Virus record (IMG/VR): IMGVR_UViG_3300043255_000003
Location: 7,224 to 71,223 of that record
DNA: 64,000 nt
DNA from: a virus
Lineage: Duplodnaviria; Caudoviricetes
Reading direction: 5' to 3' (one strand)
The notes below the pieces were generated by a model. The model was not told where the DNA came from and ran no database searches. It saw nothing but the letters and a program-made list of their open reading frames with translations. Positions 52,320 through 62,080 of this stretch are shown here, piece after piece. Within the stretch, counting starts at the first letter, position 1, and the number at the start of each line of letters is the position of its first letter. Position numbers and translations under genes: made by a program.

Positions 52320-52649
52320 CTACTTTGAAACGTGATCGTCCCACTGCCGACGCAGGATTTCATCCAGCGATCGCAGCACCTGATTCTGCACCGAGTGCAT
52401 CTTCATCATCTCCCCCCGGTGCTCACGCATCAGGTCTTGATTCTGCTGCTCCAGTTCCGTCATCTTTTCGAGGCAGTTATGCAGGTCCATCGCTGTGCAT
52501 GTCGAGCGGTGCTCACCGTCCGAGTCTGGCTGGTGCCAGATGTGCAGGTCCCGGACCTTGGTTGCCAAGTTAGTGATGACGGTGAACATCAGCACCCACG
52601 CGGTGATCAATACACCGTCCCTGAACCCCATGTCTGTAAAAAAATCCAT
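52320..52649 (-). CDS. TM plus coiled-coil protein in the lysis cassette
   Basis: 109 aa with N-terminal GVLITAWVLMFTVITNL. Confidence 0.55.
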   Translation of the reverse strand: MDFFTDMGFRDGVLITAWVLMFTVITNLATKVRDLHIWHQPDSDGEHRSTCTAMDLHNCLEKMTELEQQNQDLMREHRGEMMKMHSVQNQVLRSLDEILRRQWDDHVSK

Positions 52650-52687
52650 TCCGTGTTCCCTTGTAGATAGATGCGTACACGTTGCAC

Positions 52688-55600
52688 CTAAAATAAATCG
52701 ATGAGTGGTTCAACCTGTTTCGCAAGCGCGTTCTTCCGCTTACGCAGGCTCTCCAGTTGCTTCTGGCGGATCTCTGGCTTCAGCCTTTGGTTCAACGCCA
52801 CTTGGTTAAGCTGTCTGTTTACTGCGGTGACCTGCCGCTGGATCGAGCGCAGTCGTTTCCGCGCAGCGAGTATACCGGCTTCGTCTCGACGCAGATCCAT
52901 GGCGGCTTCAAACTGCCCGGTCTCCTGATAGACCTTGAGTGTGCGCGCCAGTCCGTCGGCTTCCTTCATCATCTCCCACAAGAGTTGGTTGTACTTGGTG
53001 CTGGTCGGCACCTTGCTCTGCGCGAACCGCTTCACGACAGGGATGTCATGCAGTGGTAGGGCTGCGATCTCACCAAGCGCACGCGTTGGTCCGTGCAGAA
53101 TGCTATCGGTTAACACGTTGCCGACACCGAGCACGTAGACACCGAGCGCACCGAAGTAGCCTTGGATCAATGCTTCGAGACGTTTCGGTGACTGTAGAAA
53201 GTCCGGCGCGATGTCCGGCAGCGTGCGACCCACGGCACGGGCGAAGCTGCCAGTGCGGAAGTCGTACTGCGCATCGGGCTTCAGGTTCTCCAGTCCCAGC
53301 GGCACGATCGGTGTGCCCCGGAACATATTTCTGTTGGTGGTGTCCTCGATGATCGGGCGCACCAACTGCGGGTACGGGTTGAACGCGAACGTGTGGAATG
53401 CCGACGCGCCCATGCGCTCGAAGAATATGTCCCAGCCTTCCTGTCCTTTCAGTGCCAGCGTCAGGCGTTCAGGGATGGTCGAGAACATGACGCCAGCCTC
53501 GAATGGTTTCGGCAAACGAAAATGCGAGTCGCCAATAAAGAAATGGTAGTACGTGTCCTTGTCCCACTGCGACAGCGCACGGTAGCGTTCGTCGTCGTCG
53601 TTCATCAGCGTGTACGCAATCGACAGCGCAACCAGTGAGCCAGCCTTCATGCTGAACCCGAGCGGATGTTCCTTGGCACCTCTGTAGAACTTGTTCAGAC
53701 CTTGCAGTCGTGCGTTCAGGAACGGCACCATCTGGATCATCATCTGCGTCGCGACCCAGTCACCTGACCGGGTGAAGTTCAACAAGTCCTGTGCTTGGAA
53801 CGCGGCCTCGGATGGTGACGCGATACCTTCCTCGATCGTCTGCGCGGCGGCAGCCTGCGGCGACAGTCCCTGTTGCTCCAGTTCAGCGGTGCGCTTGTGC
53901 CACAACTCGACCTTCGCATTGTAAATGCGCACGCGGTTACCAAACTCTGATGCAGTACCGACGCGTCGCCACAACTTCCACATCTTGCGAGGTGACACGA
54001 TCGTGTTCATGAAAGAGTTCATGTCCGCTTCGGCCACGCCCACGTCTTTGAGCAGGCCACGGATCTGTTCCGGGTTGGTGTCGTAGAACCCACCGCCACC
54101 ACGACCAGCGAACGCGAGGTGCAACATGGCAGGCGAGTCGTTGAACGCTTCACGCACCGCAGTGATGGGAGCGGACAGCGAATTGATCGGTGCGTCCGAC
54201 ACGATGAGCGATGACACCGTGTCCCGCATCCAGTTAGCGATCATGAATGCAGGGTCAGTGGTGACACCTAACGTGAGCCACTTCTTCGACGTGCGGAACG
54301 CAGTCATCCACGAACCGAGTTGATCACCACGCAGGCCAGCGATCGAACGCAGCATCAGCGGGTCGTCAACAAAGTAGTAGGTCGGCTTGCCGTCCACCAT
54401 CAACGTGACCACGTCTTCACCCGGTGGCTTCACGCGTGACCAGAACGTCTGCCATCGCTGTTGCTCATTCTTCGGCCACGTATCGAACACAGCCTCGGCT
54501 GCGTCGGCGCTCTCTTCAGAGATGAGTCCTGACTTCCACAACAGGTTGACCAATTCTTTCTTGCTGACCGTGACGACAGGGCGCGCAACCATCGGTGCCT
54601 TGCGCATCGCCCCTGTCATGGTGCCGAGGTCAGTGATGCGCTTCATGCTTTCATTGCGGTACGAACGCTCCAGCAGGTACGCAGTGTTCATGAACATCGA
54701 CTCGATCACGTTGCCTTCCAGCTTCAGCGGACTGCCTTCGCGATCGACACCGCCACGCAAACGGAACAGACCAGAGCCACCGACATCGATGCGGTCGCGT
54801 CCTGCGCCCGGTGCTGCCCTGTTCTCAAGCTGCGTCATCTCTCTCCAGAACGGAACGTAGTCATACCGACGCCACAGTTCCGCTTCTTCCTTGTTGATCA
54901 CGCCGGTCTCGATTGCGAGATCGATGTTCGCTTGGTTCAGCGTGTCCCAGTTCGCCAGCACTTCCTCGAAGACTTCCTCGTAGGTCCGGCCATCATCAGC
55001 GGTGCGATCGCGTGCCCATGCCAACGTGTCGTCAACAAGTTCCTCTTCGACATTCTTCTCGCGAGCACCCGCCTCGCCGACACGTCCAGCATGGATGTCC
55101 TCATCGATGAGCCTGCGTGATCGTCGTGCGACTGCCCACTTCTCCCAGTTGCGCATCTGTGACTCGCCACTGATCGCACCGAGCGGCAGGAACACTGACT
55201 GGAATGACTGCGCGTCTTCCTGCTCACGGAAGTTGCGGCCAGTCACGGTGCGCTCGACACCGTTCAGGTCTTTGAGTTTCTGCGTCGCTGTTTTCAAGGT
55301 GGGAATGCCATGGCGCATCACCGCACCCATGACGTTGTTCATGTTGCGCAGCGTCGAGGTCGATTTATATGCCGACAGGCTGGCGTCGAGGATCTGACCG
55401 AACAGCGCAAGTTCCTGTGACTTGATCGCATTGAACCCGTCGAAGATACCCTGCGTGACCTCATCGAACGACAGGTCGTGGAACATCTGCAGTGACTGCT
55501 TGATCCTGTCGCTGAACGTCTGCTCGTTCTTCGGCACGTTCATCGCTTTCTTCCAGCGCCCGTCGAGGTCTTCATTCATCGGCGCGTTGTCACTGAACAG

Positions 55601-58600
55601 TGGCTCATTGAACTCTCTGGCCAGACGCTCCAGTGCTGCGCCGACCTGCTCATCATTGCCAGCCTTGCGCAGATCCTTCAGGTTGTCGGACGCGAGGAAG
55701 TCGTTGTACTCCTGCGAGTTGCGATCGACACCGATGCCACCCGCTGCCAGCGCCCGCATCTGTGCGCGACGACGGCTGGCTCGGATCATGCCCATCACTT
55801 CGCTGCTGCCGGGTACGGTTTTGAACCCCAGCTTCTGAACGAACGCCTTGATCTGCGCGATGATCTCTTGCATGGCACCGTTGCGAGTGGCCGAGGTCTC
55901 TGCCATGTACGCGATCACCTCTTCAACGAACACCTCTGGCTTGACAGTGCCGCGACTCTCCACCGCTTCGACCGCACGCATCAGCACCTCGTCCGTACCA
56001 CGATCGATCATCGCTTGGACCTGCGACTGAACCGCGTCGAAGTTTGGCAGCGTGCGCATCGAGTAGTGACCGAACACTTCGTGCATGATCACCCGCTCTG
56101 CATCGGCAGCGTTGTGCAGGTTGTCGGCGACGATGTGAACCTCGTTGCTGCTCGGTGAGAACACACCCTTGATGCGTGTGCCCCGGTTCTTCATGCGAGC
56201 AGGCAGGTCGGACACCGACTGCACTACCTTGATCCTGACCACTGAGTTCATGGTCTGGATGATGTCGATCACCGCCAGACGTGCGTCGTCTGCGTCCATG
56301 CCATCAGCTTCTTTATCGCGACGCTTCGGATCTGTGTACCGAAGGATGCGATCGTCCGCACTCAGGAGTTCGTCTGTCTCTTTGGCGTCACTAAGCTGGG
56401 CTGCTGCACCCGAAGCTGCTGCCGCAGGCCGATCAACCTCGGCGACTGTGGACTGGATTCCTCCAGCGTTGATATCTGCTTCTGTAAGGATCGCACCTGT
56501 AGCTGATTTCCCGGCGGCGGCGGCTTGCGCGGCGGTGTTTGGATTGCCATTAGATTTTGCCCTCTCGATTGCGGCGATGAGTTCCGAGTCAGGAACCTGT
56601 TGCCATGTGTTCAGGTCGATGCCTGCGGTGGGATCACGCTGCTGATCGAACGCGAGCAGCGCCTCGGTTTCTTCCAGCGCGATCAGGATGTCTTTGACAT
56701 CGACGGCACCTTCGTCGGGCACGAACCCGTTCTCCCCGTTCTCCCCGAACTCACCAGTCAGCGATCGATACATTGCATCGGCGACGTTGATACGGATCTC
56801 TGAGTTGAACTGCTCGTCGGTGATTGTGATGCCAAGTTCCGCCGTCAACATGCGGCCCACCCGGAACGCCACCTCTTCCCACTCGATCGCACGCTGCGCT
56901 TCCATCAGCGTTAGCGGCTCAAGCGGAACCTTTACTGCCTTGCCTTTCTTGCCACGCAATCCCTCATAGTCTCGACCCAAGCGACCGTAGCGTTTGCTGT
57001 CGCCATACTTGGTCTGCATGAACTGCTCGGTGATGCCGTGAGCCATCTCATGCGAGACACGCCATGCCAGCGTGTAGGCCGAGTCCTTGAATGAACCTTC
57101 GGAGTTGCGCGGATCATAAATCCACACCGTGCCGTTCTCGTAACCGTCTTTGTTGAGACGCGGGATGTTCACCTCGACGTTCTTTGCCGGGTTGGCTTTG
57201 AACGAAAAGAATTTTACGAGGTACCCGTGTTGCGCAGCTTGGTCGAGCACCTGCTGGGGGTCGGCTGTCAACTGCTCCAGCGGATAGATCTTGAGTTGTT
57301 CCTGTGTGTTCTTCCCTGTGAACGTGCCGAAGCGGCCAGTGATTTCTACGATTGCTTGTCCGAACGTATCGATCAGTCGAGCCAAGGGTACTGGTGCCCT
57401 AATGGGCCTTGGTTCGGATCTTTCCGCTTCTCTTTTTGCGGCTTCGGCCTTGCTTCTGCTGGTGACTTCGCTGGCGACTTGGTTTGAGATCCCGTCGAGA
57501 ACTTTCCGCCGACTACGAAGCCACGGGAGTATATCGGCGAATCCGGCTTCGCTAATCTTATCTTCAATCCACCGGCCTTCCGGGTCGGTGTCCCAGCTTT
57601 CGTCGTTCGGTCCTTCGCCATGGTATTCACCCTCTGCTCTGAACTCTTCGATTATATCAACGTCACCAATCTCACCGTCGATGGAGTTGGCGAAATCTAG
57701 GAACAACCCACGGAATGTAGGGTCCGTTATTCCGTGTAACGACTTACCTGTTTCCGTGTTCCTGAAGTTGATGAACGCGTACTCACCCGGCGCGGTGCGA
57801 GTGAACCCGCCATCGCGATCAACCATGGCTGTCAGGCGGCTGAACATATCCTCTTCCTGCGCCGCCGTCAGTTCATCGGTGAACGTGATGCTGAAGCCAA
57901 CGCTCTTGTCCGCGCCGGTCAGGTTCGGCGCGGCCCTGAACCACGGCACTGCGTCCTGCCGGAACAGGTACTGCGATGCCAGTGAGTACGCGTCCACCTG
58001 TTGCCGACTCGGTGCAGTTTCACCCGTCTCTTGCGATGCCAGCACGCCGCTCAGTCGTAACGGGTTGATGGTCCGCTCACCTTCTTCAGTGACATAGCCA
58101 CCTGTCTCTGTCTGCTGCGTGCCCAGTTCAATACCCAGTTGTGCGGCCAGCAGATCCTCGCCCTGTTCGCCGGTCAGGTTCTCGCCGATGAGCCTGTCGA
58201 GTGTCAGCTTATCCTCGAAGGTTGCCCCTTGCAGTGCCTTACCAATGTCCAGCTTCGTGGACGGCACCGTCTCAGCGGTCGAGAATTGACTGCGTCGCTT
58301 GAGGTTTGTCTGGAAGTCCTCGGACTTTGGCACGAACTCATCAAAAATGGTCTTCGGTTTGTTGTTCGCTGACTTCTTGAGTTGCTGCGCCAACTGTTTT
58401 TTGTTCAGCTTGGCGAGATTTTCTTCCTTCAGCTTGTTGTTTAGCACGCGTATGCTTTCGATCAACTGGCCCTTGCTGTTGTCGGTGGCCAACGCCCGCA
58501 CTGACTTGGCTTGTCCGATCGCAGTCACACCAGCTACCCGTTCTTGCTTGGCTTGAGCCTCATCGTTCTTGACCTTGGTCCAGACAGCGGCCTGCAACAT

Positions 58601-61600
58601 GCGTGGCTTGATGTCTTCGAGGTTCGAGTGCTTACGATTGAATGACTCAGTCGCTCGGATCATGACCTCTCGCCCGAACGCGTACTGGGCATCCGTTGGT
58701 GTTTCCTTGTCGAAGCCCATCAGGCGCATCATCCAGAGATCGATCGTACTGTCATCGCCGAACGTGTCTTCATTGAACAGCGGGTCATGCAGGTTGCGAT
58801 AGAACGACAGGACTTTCTTCTCTACGCCCGCCACATCAGTGGTCATTTTCTCGGCCTTGAGAATGCTATCGATCAGCGGGGCTGTCTTTTTCGGGAACCG
58901 GCCAGCCAGCGGCGCGACGTTGCCATCAAGATACTCATTCAGTGAACGTATCGCCGCCGTTGTGTTAGCCGAGACAGAATTCGCTTGCGAGTACAGCGCC
59001 ATCAGCCGGGTCAGTTGCTCCATCCGCTCCGGGTTACCGCGTGCAACCCTGCGAATCTCCTGCGCGGATCGTTCGTACCAGAACAGCGATGAGTCTTTTC
59101 GGATCGTACCTTTCGCTGCGTTGAAACGGGCCATCGCATTCGTCTTGCTCACCGCGTTGACCATGCGTCGGATCAGCCCGGCGACCTGCCTCTCCGTCTT
59201 GATGCCTTCCGGCGCACCCGAGACATCGCCCTTCGCATTCAAGCGACGCTTGCCGCCTTTGTTTCGCTTCGGGCCGGGGAGTTCTTCGTCAGAGAGTAAG
59301 TCGATCTGCTCTACGATGTCGTCGTCTTCAACAGGAGCGGTGGCGATGTTCCGGGCGACCTGCGCAATCGTTGCGTCATCCGCTGGTGCAGGCACGCCAC
59401 TCTCGGCAGTGAAGTCCACCTCTTCCTGCTCACCGACAACAGCCTTGGCATGAGCCACCTTGACCTCTTCGTCCCGGACAGTTTCTTCCGGCTTAACTTT
59501 CTTGGCCTCGCCCTTCGTTGCTGGTGCGGTCGCGATCGGAGCAGGTGTAGCTGACGCAGCGGCCCGGACGTTCTTCGCGATGGTTGCCTTGTTGTCTTTG
59601 CTCCGTACTGGCACGCCCAGTGCTTCGGCATCACGAACCAGTGCATTGCGTGAGCCAGTGGTCGCGAACTCTTCGTCGGTCTTCGGGGTCAGCACACGCG
59701 TGCGCAGTTCCTTGTCCTTGCGGAACGTCTTCGCCTCTGGTGTCTCGTTGGCAGCCGTCACCTGATTGTCGAACAGGCGCTGACGCTTGACAGTCTTGTT
59801 GCCCGACGATGGCAGGCCCAGATCTTTCAGCGCAGTGGTCAACTGCGCCGAGTCGATGTCGATGTCCGGCAGCGTCTTGTCGTTGAGGGTGATGTTCGGG
59901 TTGTTGAACGCAGCGACAGTCTGCTGTGGTGCCTGACCACCGACACCCGTGACGATCGATGTTACAGCGGCCTGATCCTCGGCCCCCTTGGCTTGCGCTT
60001 CGGCGGTTGCGGCTTTCGGCTTGGCGGCTGCGGTTTCTTTCTTCCCGGTGGTCTTGGCAGGGGCAGCGGCTGCGGCTTTTTCTTTCCGTGCTTCCCCTTT
60101 CCGATCGGGTCTCTCGTCCCGGCCTGTACGTCCGGTCGGCTGTTGAACATCCGCGCCGCCTTCCCCGCTGACGCTGTCGGGCTTAGTCCCTCGTTGCTGA
60201 ACTTTCGCTTCAGTGTCTCGAACTGTTGTGGCACCTTGCACCTCCTGATCTGGTTCCTGAACGGTGGTCTCATCCACCTCTTCGACATTGGCCTGCGCTA
60301 CTCCGCTGGCCTCTTCGGTTGTTACGTTGGCGGCACCGCCTGCAGGTCCAGCGCCGGGATCAATCTCTGGGAGTTCGCCTTCCTCTGCTGCTTCGATGTT
60401 CGCTGCCGCTGCTTCTGCAGGCGGCAGTGGTCTGTTATCCACGATGCCGATCGCCGCACCAGATCCGGGGATCAGGAACGACGCAATGAATGCAGCCGGG
60501 GCGACGCTGACCTCGTCCTTGATTTTCTTTATGGCCTCTTCGACCGTGATCGTTTCCTGTCCCAGTTGGATCAGTGCTTCGGCTGGGCCTTCCGCCCACT
60601 CGGTGACGGCTTCGACCAGACCACGCACGACCTTGGCCTTCACACCGGGGGCAACTTTAAGAAACCGTTCTATACCGACCGCGTTCAGGATGCCGGTGGC
60701 TGCGAACATCATCAGCCCTGCGTTCTCCGCAGTCTCGCGAGACACCTCTTCGGACGCGCCGTTCTCTCGCATGATGGCCAGCGTCTCGCGGTACGTGGAT
60801 GACCCTTCGAGAGCACCGCCTACTGCCAAACCAGCGGACATGCCAGCGGATACCTGCGCCTTGCCGATGCGCGCCACCTTCGCCACCACCAGCGGGTCAG
60901 TCATGTCGAGACTTCGGTTGCCGACTTTGATGATTGTGTCCTTGGCTCCTTTTTCTGCCGCCTTGCCGACGCCTCGCCTGCCTGCTGTCTTGGCCAGTTC
61001 CTTGAGCATGTGCTTTCGCACGGCAGCACTTGCGGCACCAGCCGGGGTGAACGTGGCTGCCAGCGACGGAATGATCGACCCGACCTGAAAGGCCATGAAG
61101 TCACCGTCGAGCCACATCTCCTTGTTGTCGATCAGGTTGCCGGTCGGCAGGTTCGCGGCCCGTACAAAATTCTCTTGGCGTTTCTGCCAATACTTCTCAA
61201 TACTCACGCCCAGATCCGCGACCGCATCGATGCCTACCTCGTAGCCCAGATAGTTCACCACGGTGCCGATCTGTCCTGCCATCCCCAAGGTGCCAGCGGC
61301 CAGACCGCGACCGAAGTTGGCGAACAGTCCGCCGCCCTCGCCCTCGGCTATGGCAGCAGCTTTTGCCTGCAAGGTCTCTGGTGTGTCTTCAGGTGTGACC
61401 ACCCGTAGGGACGGATCTTGAGTCAGGGCTGCCTGAGACGCCGCTGGCGGGGATATCTGCCTGCGTACCTCCGCGAGCATCGCGGTCTGCCTTGCGCCTT
61501 CCTCACGGGCCAACTGACGTGTCTGGGACAGGTTCCTACCAGATCCGTCGGGCTGTACTGGGATCAATGTGCCCGGCGCGACGGTCGGCGGACGCGGCAG

Positions 61601-62077
61601 GCCCGCTCCACCTCGCTCGTTCGCAGCTTGGACTGCCCGCTGCGCCGGGCCTTGGACCTGCGGCTGTGCCCGGTGCCCGTTCAACTGGGCAACCATGTCC
61701 TCGCGAGCCACCGCAGCACGGCGGGCCGCTTCGTCAGGTGATGGCAGCGGGCGGTCGAACCGTGCCCGGAACTCGTTCTGCTCCCGGACCCTGTCTGCCG
61801 GGGCGCGGTCATCAAACGCGGCGATCGGCCCGGTGTCTGTCGCGACCGTGGCCACTGGCAAGTTCTCCAGCGGAGCATTCTGCTTGCCAGCCTGCACGTC
61901 GGTGATGTCGGTGACGATCCTGCGCCCCTGCTCCGGGGAGATCGCGCCTGTGGATAAACCTGTGGCTAAGTTGTTTACATCTTTGAATCTGGGCAGCGCA
62001 CGGGCGTCCCTCAGAATCGCCTCTGGATCAAGCGGATTCAGAGACGGCGAGGTAGGCGGGCGCGGGAGGACTGCCAT
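52688..62077 (-). CDS. Giant polyvalent internal virion / DNA-ejection protein with C-terminal LPD38-like domain
   Basis: 3129 aa. Gly/Ala-rich membrane-active region, SAP-like motif, glycosylase-like helical domain, HEMAH and HEVFGH zincin-type motifs, and C-terminal WDKDTYYHFFIG..HFRLPKPFE.G. Confidence 0.8.
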   Translation of the reverse strand: MAVLPRPPTSPSLNPLDPEAILRDARALPRFKDVNNLATGLSTGAISPEQGRRIVTDITDVQAGKQNAPLENLPVATVATDTGPIAAFDDRAPADRVREQNEFRARFDRPLPSPDEAARRAAVAREDMVAQLNGHRAQPQVQGPAQRAVQAANERGGAGLPRPPTVAPGTLIPVQPDGSGRNLSQTRQLAREEGARQTAMLAEVRRQISPPAASQAALTQDPSLRVVTPEDTPETLQAKAAAIAEGEGGGLFANFGRGLAAGTLGMAGQIGTVVNYLGYEVGIDAVADLGVSIEKYWQKRQENFVRAANLPTGNLIDNKEMWLDGDFMAFQVGSIIPSLAATFTPAGAASAAVRKHMLKELAKTAGRRGVGKAAEKGAKDTIIKVGNRSLDMTDPLVVAKVARIGKAQVSAGMSAGLAVGGALEGSSTYRETLAIMRENGASEEVSRETAENAGLMMFAATGILNAVGIERFLKVAPGVKAKVVRGLVEAVTEWAEGPAEALIQLGQETITVEEAIKKIKDEVSVAPAAFIASFLIPGSGAAIGIVDNRPLPPAEAAAANIEAAEEGELPEIDPGAGPAGGAANVTTEEASGVAQANVEEVDETTVQEPDQEVQGATTVRDTEAKVQQRGTKPDSVSGEGGADVQQPTGRTGRDERPDRKGEARKEKAAAAAPAKTTGKKETAAAKPKAATAEAQAKGAEDQAAVTSIVTGVGGQAPQQTVAAFNNPNITLNDKTLPDIDIDSAQLTTALKDLGLPSSGNKTVKRQRLFDNQVTAANETPEAKTFRKDKELRTRVLTPKTDEEFATTGSRNALVRDAEALGVPVRSKDNKATIAKNVRAAASATPAPIATAPATKGEAKKVKPEETVRDEEVKVAHAKAVVGEQEEVDFTAESGVPAPADDATIAQVARNIATAPVEDDDIVEQIDLLSDEELPGPKRNKGGKRRLNAKGDVSGAPEGIKTERQVAGLIRRMVNAVSKTNAMARFNAAKGTIRKDSSLFWYERSAQEIRRVARGNPERMEQLTRLMALYSQANSVSANTTAAIRSLNEYLDGNVAPLAGRFPKKTAPLIDSILKAEKMTTDVAGVEKKVLSFYRNLHDPLFNEDTFGDDSTIDLWMMRLMGFDKETPTDAQYAFGREVMIRATESFNRKHSNLEDIKPRMLQAAVWTKVKNDEAQAKQERVAGVTAIGQAKSVRALATDNSKGQLIESIRVLNNKLKEENLAKLNKKQLAQQLKKSANNKPKTIFDEFVPKSEDFQTNLKRRSQFSTAETVPSTKLDIGKALQGATFEDKLTLDRLIGENLTGEQGEDLLAAQLGIELGTQQTETGGYVTEEGERTINPLRLSGVLASQETGETAPSRQQVDAYSLASQYLFRQDAVPWFRAAPNLTGADKSVGFSITFTDELTAAQEEDMFSRLTAMVDRDGGFTRTAPGEYAFINFRNTETGKSLHGITDPTFRGLFLDFANSIDGEIGDVDIIEEFRAEGEYHGEGPNDESWDTDPEGRWIEDKISEAGFADILPWLRSRRKVLDGISNQVASEVTSRSKAEAAKREAERSEPRPIRAPVPLARLIDTFGQAIVEITGRFGTFTGKNTQEQLKIYPLEQLTADPQQVLDQAAQHGYLVKFFSFKANPAKNVEVNIPRLNKDGYENGTVWIYDPRNSEGSFKDSAYTLAWRVSHEMAHGITEQFMQTKYGDSKRYGRLGRDYEGLRGKKGKAVKVPLEPLTLMEAQRAIEWEEVAFRVGRMLTAELGITITDEQFNSEIRINVADAMYRSLTGEFGENGENGFVPDEGAVDVKDILIALEETEALLAFDQQRDPTAGIDLNTWQQVPDSELIAAIERAKSNGNPNTAAQAAAAGKSATGAILTEADINAGGIQSTVAEVDRPAAAASGAAAQLSDAKETDELLSADDRILRYTDPKRRDKEADGMDADDARLAVIDIIQTMNSVVRIKVVQSVSDLPARMKNRGTRIKGVFSPSSNEVHIVADNLHNAADAERVIMHEVFGHYSMRTLPNFDAVQSQVQAMIDRGTDEVLMRAVEAVESRGTVKPEVFVEEVIAYMAETSATRNGAMQEIIAQIKAFVQKLGFKTVPGSSEVMGMIRASRRRAQMRALAAGGIGVDRNSQEYNDFLASDNLKDLRKAGNDEQVGAALERLAREFNEPLFSDNAPMNEDLDGRWKKAMNVPKNEQTFSDRIKQSLQMFHDLSFDEVTQGIFDGFNAIKSQELALFGQILDASLSAYKSTSTLRNMNNVMGAVMRHGIPTLKTATQKLKDLNGVERTVTGRNFREQEDAQSFQSVFLPLGAISGESQMRNWEKWAVARRSRRLIDEDIHAGRVGEAGAREKNVEEELVDDTLAWARDRTADDGRTYEEVFEEVLANWDTLNQANIDLAIETGVINKEEAELWRRYDYVPFWREMTQLENRAAPGAGRDRIDVGGSGLFRLRGGVDREGSPLKLEGNVIESMFMNTAYLLERSYRNESMKRITDLGTMTGAMRKAPMVARPVVTVSKKELVNLLWKSGLISEESADAAEAVFDTWPKNEQQRWQTFWSRVKPPGEDVVTLMVDGKPTYYFVDDPLMLRSIAGLRGDQLGSWMTAFRTSKKWLTLGVTTDPAFMIANWMRDTVSSLIVSDAPINSLSAPITAVREAFNDSPAMLHLAFAGRGGGGFYDTNPEQIRGLLKDVGVAEADMNSFMNTIVSPRKMWKLWRRVGTASEFGNRVRIYNAKVELWHKRTAELEQQGLSPQAAAAQTIEEGIASPSEAAFQAQDLLNFTRSGDWVATQMMIQMVPFLNARLQGLNKFYRGAKEHPLGFSMKAGSLVALSIAYTLMNDDDERYRALSQWDKDTYYHFFIGDSHFRLPKPFEAGVMFSTIPERLTLALKGQEGWDIFFERMGASAFHTFAFNPYPQLVRPIIEDTTNRNMFRGTPIVPLGLENLKPDAQYDFRTGSFARAVGRTLPDIAPDFLQSPKRLEALIQGYFGALGVYVLGVGNVLTDSILHGPTRALGEIAALPLHDIPVVKRFAQSKVPTSTKYNQLLWEMMKEADGLARTLKVYQETGQFEAAMDLRRDEAGILAARKRLRSIQRQVTAVNRQLNQVALNQRLKPEIRQKQLESLRKRKNALAKQVEPLIDLF
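56362..56550 (-). CDS. Nested overprinted ORF C (+1 frame inside the giant gene)
   Basis: 62 aa MAIQTPP...SLQKQISTLEESSPQSPRLIGLRQQL. RBS GAGAGGG 9 nt upstream. Host-frame codons are locally atypical. Confidence 0.55.
   Translation of the reverse strand: MAIQTPPRKPPPPGNQLQVRSLQKQISTLEESSPQSPRLIGLRQQLRVQQPSLVTPKRQTNS
57373..57621 (-). CDS. Nested overprinted ORF B (+1 frame inside the giant gene)
   Basis: 82 aa MAKDRT...LKIRLAKPDSPIYSRGFVVGG. RBS GAGGGT 7 nt upstream. The host frame uses AGA/AGG/ATA codons here. Confidence 0.6.
   Translation of the reverse strand: MAKDRTTKAGTPTRKAGGLKIRLAKPDSPIYSRGFVVGGKFSTGSQTKSPAKSPAEARPKPQKEKRKDPNQGPLGHQYPWLD
59962..60234 (-). CDS. Nested overprinted ORF A (+1 frame inside the giant gene)
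   Basis: 90 aa from GTG: VPQQFETLKRKFSNEGLSPTASAGKAARMFNSR. Perfect AGGAGG 6 nt upstream. Confidence 0.65.
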   Translation of the reverse strand: MPQQFETLKRKFSNEGLSPTASAGKAARMFNSRPDVQAGTRDPIGKGKHGKKKPQPLPLPRPPGRKKPQPPSRKPQPPKRKPRGPRIRPL

Positions 62078-62080
62078 GGA

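Noticed and set aside
59311-59646. 111-aa +1-frame ORF inside the giant gene as a fourth nested gene
   Set aside because: No convincing RBS. The R/S/P-rich composition is typical of a shadow frame, and it overlaps a predicted structured motif.
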